NCBI RefSeq assembly: GCF_001194135.2
Contig: NC_069003.1
Coordinates: 25,417,190 to 25,469,058, forward strand
Length of the DNA: 51,869 nucleotides
Direction of reading: 5' to 3'
Source of the DNA: Octopus bimaculoides
Taxonomy: Eukaryota
Each line of letters begins with the position of its first letter. Position 1 is the stretch's first letter. The notes under the pieces were generated by a model. The model saw nothing but the letters and a program-made list of their open reading frames with translations. It searched no databases and was not told the DNA's origin. Of this stretch, positions 48,790 through 51,869 are shown one piece after another. The translations under genes and the position numbers were made by a program.

Positions 48790-48834
<45 letters not shown>

Positions 48835-49602
48835 ATGTATGCACTGTATGTGTGTATGTTTGTGTGTGTGTTCTTTTATTGTTTTATTTGTTTTAGTCAT
48901 TGGACCGTGACCAAACTAGGGCCCTGCCTTAAAGGGCCTAAAGTTGATCAAATCAACCTTTGTACTTATCTTAGAATTTGGTACTTATTCTATGGGAGCC
49001 TTCTCCAAACTGCTTAGCTGACAGAGATGTAAACAAACTAACACCAACTGTCAGGTGGTGAGAGACGACCACAAAGACACATACATACATACATATGTAC
49101 ATATGTGCATGTATAACACATACAGAGTCAAAAGCAAGTGTTTTTAAACACACAAAATCAATAAACATTGATTGGACTCCCATCCACATTGTCATTAGCA
49201 ACAGATATTGAAACCATATTGATGTATGTTTATCACAAGTGAAGGCACGTGGCTTAGTGGTTAGGGCATTCGGCTCATGATCGTAAAGTCATGAGTTCAA
49301 TTCCTGGAGATGTGTTGTGTCCTTGAGCAAGACACTTTATCTCACATTGCTCCAGTTCACTCAGCTAGCAAAAATGAGTAGTACCTATATTTCAAAGGGC
49401 CAGCCTTGTCACACTCTGTGTCATGATAAGTCTCCCTGAGAACTACATTAAGGGTACACGTGTCTGTGGAGTGCTCAGCCACTTACATGTTAATTTCACG
49501 AGCCAGCTGTTCTGTTGATCATATTAGCTGGGACCCTCATTGTTGTAACCGATGTTGTAACCAATGTTACATTGTAACTCCAATGACTAAAACAATTAAA
49601 AG

Positions 49603-49634
<32 letters not shown>

Positions 49635-51139
49635 GTGTACCAGTGTGAATTTCTTATATTTTTCCCATAAAGTAACTCAATAGCTGACCTCAACTAATAC
49701 AATATTTTCTGAGTTTTGGAGACGGCAGTAGACTTACTTTGCTACCTGGTTTCATATTACCATACTGCCACAACTACCACCATCACCACCACCACCACTC
49801 TGTTACAAGGATTTCACACCAAATCCCCAATCTAAAAGCAATATGTTAAAGTGCTGCCATCTACTTCACTAACCCACAAGTTGTGGTTTCTTATTCCTTC
49901 TCCACCCACAGTCTCAGAAGGGCTATGACACTGGTTCCCAATCAAGGTCCACATAAGATTTTGTAGCTAAAATTTATGTAGAATAAATTGGTTAAACGTC
50001 TACAATAACACAAAATATCTTAACAATTTTTTATACAATTCCAAATAATATCTAATTATAAAAATATGAGGACGTTTTTTTTAAACATCGAATGGCTATG
50101 AGGGCCCTCATGGGTAAAATAGGAATGAAAAGGGCTCATAGGTAAAAAAGGGTCAGAAACACTGGGTTATGGTTATGTCCCCTTCTGCCCAAAGATATAA
50201 AATACAAAACGAAACCCTTACAGTGACTTCACTGAGTTCCCAGAGTAAAGGACAAATTACCTTGTGGTACAATTAAACCTTGAGAGAGGCATTATGCCGT
50301 AATTTATAAACAGTATTTAGTTTTTCTTGCTTTTTTTTTTTTTTGTTAAATCATTTCATTGCACTCTTGCAATCTCTTCAGTAACTTGTCTCTCCACTTC
50401 CATTTATTTTATTTTGATGTGTGATTTAGCATTGTTTTGAAATTGTCTGGTATGAGCATGTGAGTGCGTGCACGCTCGTATGTGTGCATGCATGTATGTG
50501 TTTGTGCTTATATGTAAGTATGTGCGTCCATATGTGTGTTTGTTAAATTTCATTCATATCAGATAAGATAGAGACTTTGGACTTGGTTTTGGTTTCCTTT
50601 CTGTTATTACCTTGTGGTATTTGATCCAGGTCTCTGTACTCTGAATTCAAATCCCACTGAGATTGACTTTGCTTTATCGCCCTTATTTTGGCAGGAGGTG
50701 GGTTTCAAAAGAGTAATAGCTCTATGGTGGTAATTGTTCCCGTTCTTTCTGTTCTGAGTTCAAATCCTACCACACCCTACTTGGGTGGGTGGGCGCAGGA
50801 TAGACTTAATCCATCCCCCAGTTTAACATTGCACTCAGTCCTTGGGTGCCATTAGTGGTGGTCATTCCAGGAAGTCCGTGGTTTCAGGATAACTTTAATC
50901 TGCACGAAAGGATCACTTTCTGACATAGCAGATAAAAAAAAATGAATTAATTAAATACGATTTATTTGAACTTACATTATTTGCAGCCTGATGTTCACGC
51001 GCCTCATTTAATAAATTTGATGAAGTCTTAATCAATAATCTATCCTCACACAGATAGACCAAATCTAGTTTTTCACAGATCATTTTTGCTAAGGTAGTCT
51101 TTCCTGAGGCTGGGGGACCAAATATGATGACCTTGATAA
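33388..51139 (-). CDS. AK8: Adenylate kinase 8 (two AK domains), 5'-partial; complement(join(33388..33709,38745..38886,41297..41386,41782..41913,45325..45525,47360..47431,48215..48365,50976..51139))
   Basis: Eight GT-AG exons (164,151,72,201,132,90,142,322 nt in transcript order) splice into one open frame of about 424 aa. Two P-loops ([18 protein letters not shown]), plus [22 protein letters not shown] and YTVFE..S.IINP, which I recognise as AK8-type. The first coding exons lie beyond the window. Confidence 0.93.
33733..33984 (-). mobile_element. SINE family D, near full length
   Basis: Clean copy with gtcgactttgcctttcatcctttcggggtcgataaattatgtaccag on the minus strand; tail ends 22 nt from the AK8 last-exon acceptor. 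Confidence 0.85.
33990..34960 (+). mobile_element. Penelope-like element remnant (RT C-terminus, Cys linker, GIY-YIG)
   Basis: [35 protein letters not shown]; [19 protein letters not shown]; [11 protein letters not shown]; [17 protein letters not shown] across frameshifts. Confidence 0.88.
35330..35820 (-). mobile_element. Family C repeat with three internal ~60-bp tandem units
   Basis: Reverse complement of 11809-12182; units tcatgtgtcacccgcacatgagccagtccagggg at about 35637, 35697 and 35759. Confidence 0.85.
35850..36005. repeat. 156-bp foldback (hairpin MITE-like)
   Basis: 68-bp arms, 56/68 matching, about 20-nt loop. Confidence 0.8.
36140..37340 (+). mobile_element. RTE-clade LINE 3' end, rearranged
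   Basis: [80 protein letters not shown], then the family C 3' UTR and a (GAT)n tail. Confidence 0.88.
37640..38470 (+). mobile_element. Penelope-like element 3' end (GIY-YIG remnant plus hammerhead-bearing tail)
   Basis: From 37801: [15 protein letters not shown]...[20 protein letters not shown]; RKCKLCVAE at about 38050. Confidence 0.85.
38379..38462 (+). ncRNA. Type I hammerhead ribozyme motif in the 3' tail of a Penelope-like element
   Basis: CUGAUGA 38383-38389; stem II 38391-38400/38435-38444; GAAA 38446-38449; stem III ACU/AGU with an AAC loop; GUA cleavage triplet 38456-38458; stem I GUGU/GCAC. Folded by eye, activity not shown. Confidence 0.75.
38551..38620. repeat. (CA)35 microsatellite
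   Basis: Direct reading. Confidence 0.95.
38745..38886 (-). CDS. AK8: AK8 exon
   Basis: cttcag|TG acceptor and CAAG|gtattg donor; [31 protein letters not shown]. Confidence 0.93.
39195..39560 (-). mobile_element. Two decayed SINE family D copies
   Basis: aaaggatgaaagg.aaagttgacctcagc modules at about 39295 and 39497; the second is cut by a family B SINE. Confidence 0.65.
39567..40030 (+). mobile_element. SINE family B, full length, with internal (TA)n/(TG)n
   Basis: tRNA-like head, central microsatellite, 3' end ...gactgaaacaagtaaaagagtaaa. Confidence 0.9.
40080..40280 (-). mobile_element. Family C repeat fragment
   Basis: catcatcc..tttaacgtc...gcccttcctaatgccaaccactcc. Confidence 0.75.
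40330..40610 (-). mobile_element. SINE family D copies (partial duplication)
   Basis: Two ccccagt..ctggta.tt.atttatcaaccc.gaaagga modules. Confidence 0.7.
40763..41090 (-). mobile_element. Helitron-like 3' end
   Basis: Minus strand ends cctgggcaaagccgggctatactgCTAG|T: a GC hairpin about 11 nt before CTAG followed by host T. Left extent uncertain. Confidence 0.55.
41297..41386 (-). CDS. AK8: AK8 exon
   Basis: ttgtag|TT acceptor and TCTT|gtaagt donor; [29 protein letters not shown]. Confidence 0.88.
41548..41736. mobile_element. mariner-type MITE (one TIR lost)
   Basis: TA-caagggggtgctgaaaagttcctggc; body is the reverse complement of 51473-51683. Confidence 0.75.
41782..41913 (-). CDS. AK8: AK8 exon, P-loop of domain 2
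   Basis: tttcag|TA acceptor and AATG|gtaaga donor; [32 protein letters not shown]. Confidence 0.92.
42247..43535. repeat. Long inverted repeat (arms ~42247-42598 and ~43187-43535) centred on an assembly gap
   Basis: Arms are reverse complements with scattered substitutions; each carries a SINE tail at its inner end. Confidence 0.85.
43084..43255 (+). mobile_element. SINE family F (family A middle module with a different 3' tail); further pieces at 42154-42246 and 42530-42598 on the minus strand
   Basis: tgtactctttcg..caactttctctcactc then ggactggtgtcccgtccag...gggcgcataaataaa. Confidence 0.7.
43623..43957 (-). mobile_element. SINE family A (head in gap)
   Basis: Reverse complement of family A. 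Confidence 0.88.
44524..44700 (-). mobile_element. Penelope-type terminal repeat; second copy at 51716-51869
   Basis: The two copies align, both abut (TG)n, and both carry the ..TTGAAGAG.GTAGGCTCGAAAC motif on the minus strand. Confidence 0.6.
44610..44648 (-). ncRNA. Minimal hammerhead-like motif (A6 to U variant) in a Penelope-type terminal repeat
   Basis: Minus strand tctttt-CUGUUGA-A-GAGU(GUAG)GCUC-GAAAC-GUC-aaaga. A second, more decayed copy is at 51809-51844. Confidence 0.5.
45325..45525 (-). CDS. AK8: AK8 exon
   Basis: tttcag|AT acceptor and AAAG|gtgaat donor; IYHMTFDWP...[13 protein letters not shown]. Confidence 0.92.
45855..46075 (-). mobile_element. SINE family D
   Basis: Same modules as 33733-33984; further decayed copies at 47590-47730 (-) and 50620-50770 (+). 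Confidence 0.75.
46085..47330 (+). mobile_element. DD37D (maT) transposon, near full length, pseudogenised
   Basis: TA-CAGGGATGCAGATAAATTGAGAC left TIR; partial right TIR at 47309-47330; transposase from ATG 46233 with stops and frameshifts; FVD..KFTVD / IQDSA*CH / [12 protein letters not shown] with 37 residues between the last two Asp. Confidence 0.9.
47360..47431 (-). CDS. AK8: AK8 exon (LID of domain 1)
   Basis: cttcag|TT acceptor and GGAG|gtaaga donor; [23 protein letters not shown]. Confidence 0.9.
48215..48365 (-). CDS. AK8: AK8 exon
   Basis: ttccag|CCT acceptor and TGTA|gtaagt donor; PIPADLW...[12 protein letters not shown]...GVHPTHC. Confidence 0.9.
48690..49075 (+). mobile_element. 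SINE family B, degenerate
   Basis: caccttgagcaagtgcttctactatagccc...gtggatttggtagacagaaactgaa then (TG)n. Confidence 0.6.
49241..49545 (+). mobile_element. Hybrid SINE: family E head and core with family A 3' module
   Basis: 49241-49380 aligns to 30672-30810; 49381-49545 aligns to 1612-1770. Confidence 0.8.
49929..50164. mobile_element. hAT-type MITE, decayed
   Basis: cactggttccca ... gggtcagaaacactg ends; flanks ggctatga/ggttatgg match 6/8, consistent with an 8-bp TSD. Confidence 0.55.
50976..51139 (-). CDS. AK8: AK8 exon, P-loop of domain 1
   Basis: tttcag|TT acceptor and AAT|gtaagt donor; [24 protein letters not shown]. Missed by the ORF track. Confidence 0.92.
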
Positions 51140-51206
51140 CTGAAATGACAAAACAGACAGATTAACCCTTTTGTTACCATATTTCTGTTGAAATACACTG
51201 CCCTTC

Positions 51207-51390
51207 ATCATCATTGTTTAATGTCCACCTGCCATGCTGGTATGGATTGGAAGGTTTGACGGGAGCCAACCAGGTAGAAGACTACTTCAGGCTACTGTAT
51301 CTGTTGTGGCAGGGTTTCTATGGCGGGATGTCTTTCCTAACACCAACCATCCCGCAGAGTGGACTGGGTGCTTTTTATGTAGCACAAGCA
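51207..51390 (-). mobile_element. Family C repeat fragment
   Basis: catcatcattgtttaatgtccacc.gccatgc...gatgtctttcctaacaccaacca. Confidence 0.7.
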
Positions 51391-51472
51391 CAGGTGAGAT
51401 CAGTTTTGGCATGGTTTTTAACTAATTTTGAAAATGATGCAAGATTTAGTAAAATTACTTTATCATTATTAT

Positions 51473-51682
51473 CATGGGATGCTAAAAAGTTCTTGGCTTT
51501 AAGGGTATCACAAAAAGCCTGGTTAGAGGCCCAACATTCTAAGTTCTTTTATAGGGCTTAGAAAAATTGAAGAACCACTGCAGTAAGTGTGTGAATCTGA
51601 GAGGGGAATATGTTGGATGAAATCATAATTAAATGATCCTCCTGTATTTTCTTTTACTCAAAGCCAGGAACTTTTCAGCACC

Positions 51683-51683
<1 letters not shown>
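51473..51683. mobile_element. mariner-type MITE with both TIRs
   Basis: gggatgctaaaaagttcttggctt ... aagccaggaacttttcagcacc. Confidence 0.75.
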
Positions 51684-51718
<35 letters not shown>

Positions 51719-51869
51719 GGAGAATTTACGAAAAAAACCAACAGATGAAGACAGGTGGTGTAAACAACAAATGGATGTATTAGTTTAACGCTCAGGAATA
51801 GACAATGTCTTTAATGTTTCGAGCCTACGCTCTTCAACTGAAAGGAACACAGAAAGAAACAAGGAGAAA

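Overview
Eukaryotic, AT-rich, repeat-dense draft scaffold with nine N gaps. The repeat families suggest an octopus/coleoid cephalopod; this is inferred, not shown. I reconstructed three spliced genes by hand, with GT-AG sites and consistent phases. (1) and (2) are a tandem pair of 5-exon MFS transporter genes of the SLC16/monocarboxylate-transporter family on the + strand: CDS 2420-12433 (481 aa) and 18526-31371 (499 aa), about 84% identical, in a duplicated block of roughly 700-12560 vs 17590-31450. (3) is the last 8 coding exons of the two-domain adenylate kinase AK8 on the - strand (51139-33388; 5' end outside the window), convergent with the second transporter. The rest is mobile-element debris: tRNA-derived SINEs, RTE and L1/Tx1 LINE pieces, several Penelope-like remnants, a Gypsy integrase, mariner and DD37D (maT) transposases, MITEs, Helitron-like ends and microsatellites. 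Best leads: a core-intact type I hammerhead ribozyme in a Penelope tail (38379-38462); an Arg-enriched predicted substrate pocket in the SLC16-like pair; one-sided CpG decay between the paralogues; an in-frame homologous tail behind the stop of copy 1; and a 6-bp-TSD MITE with a telomere-repeat core whose empty site survives in the paralogue. All alignments, folds and counts were made by eye.
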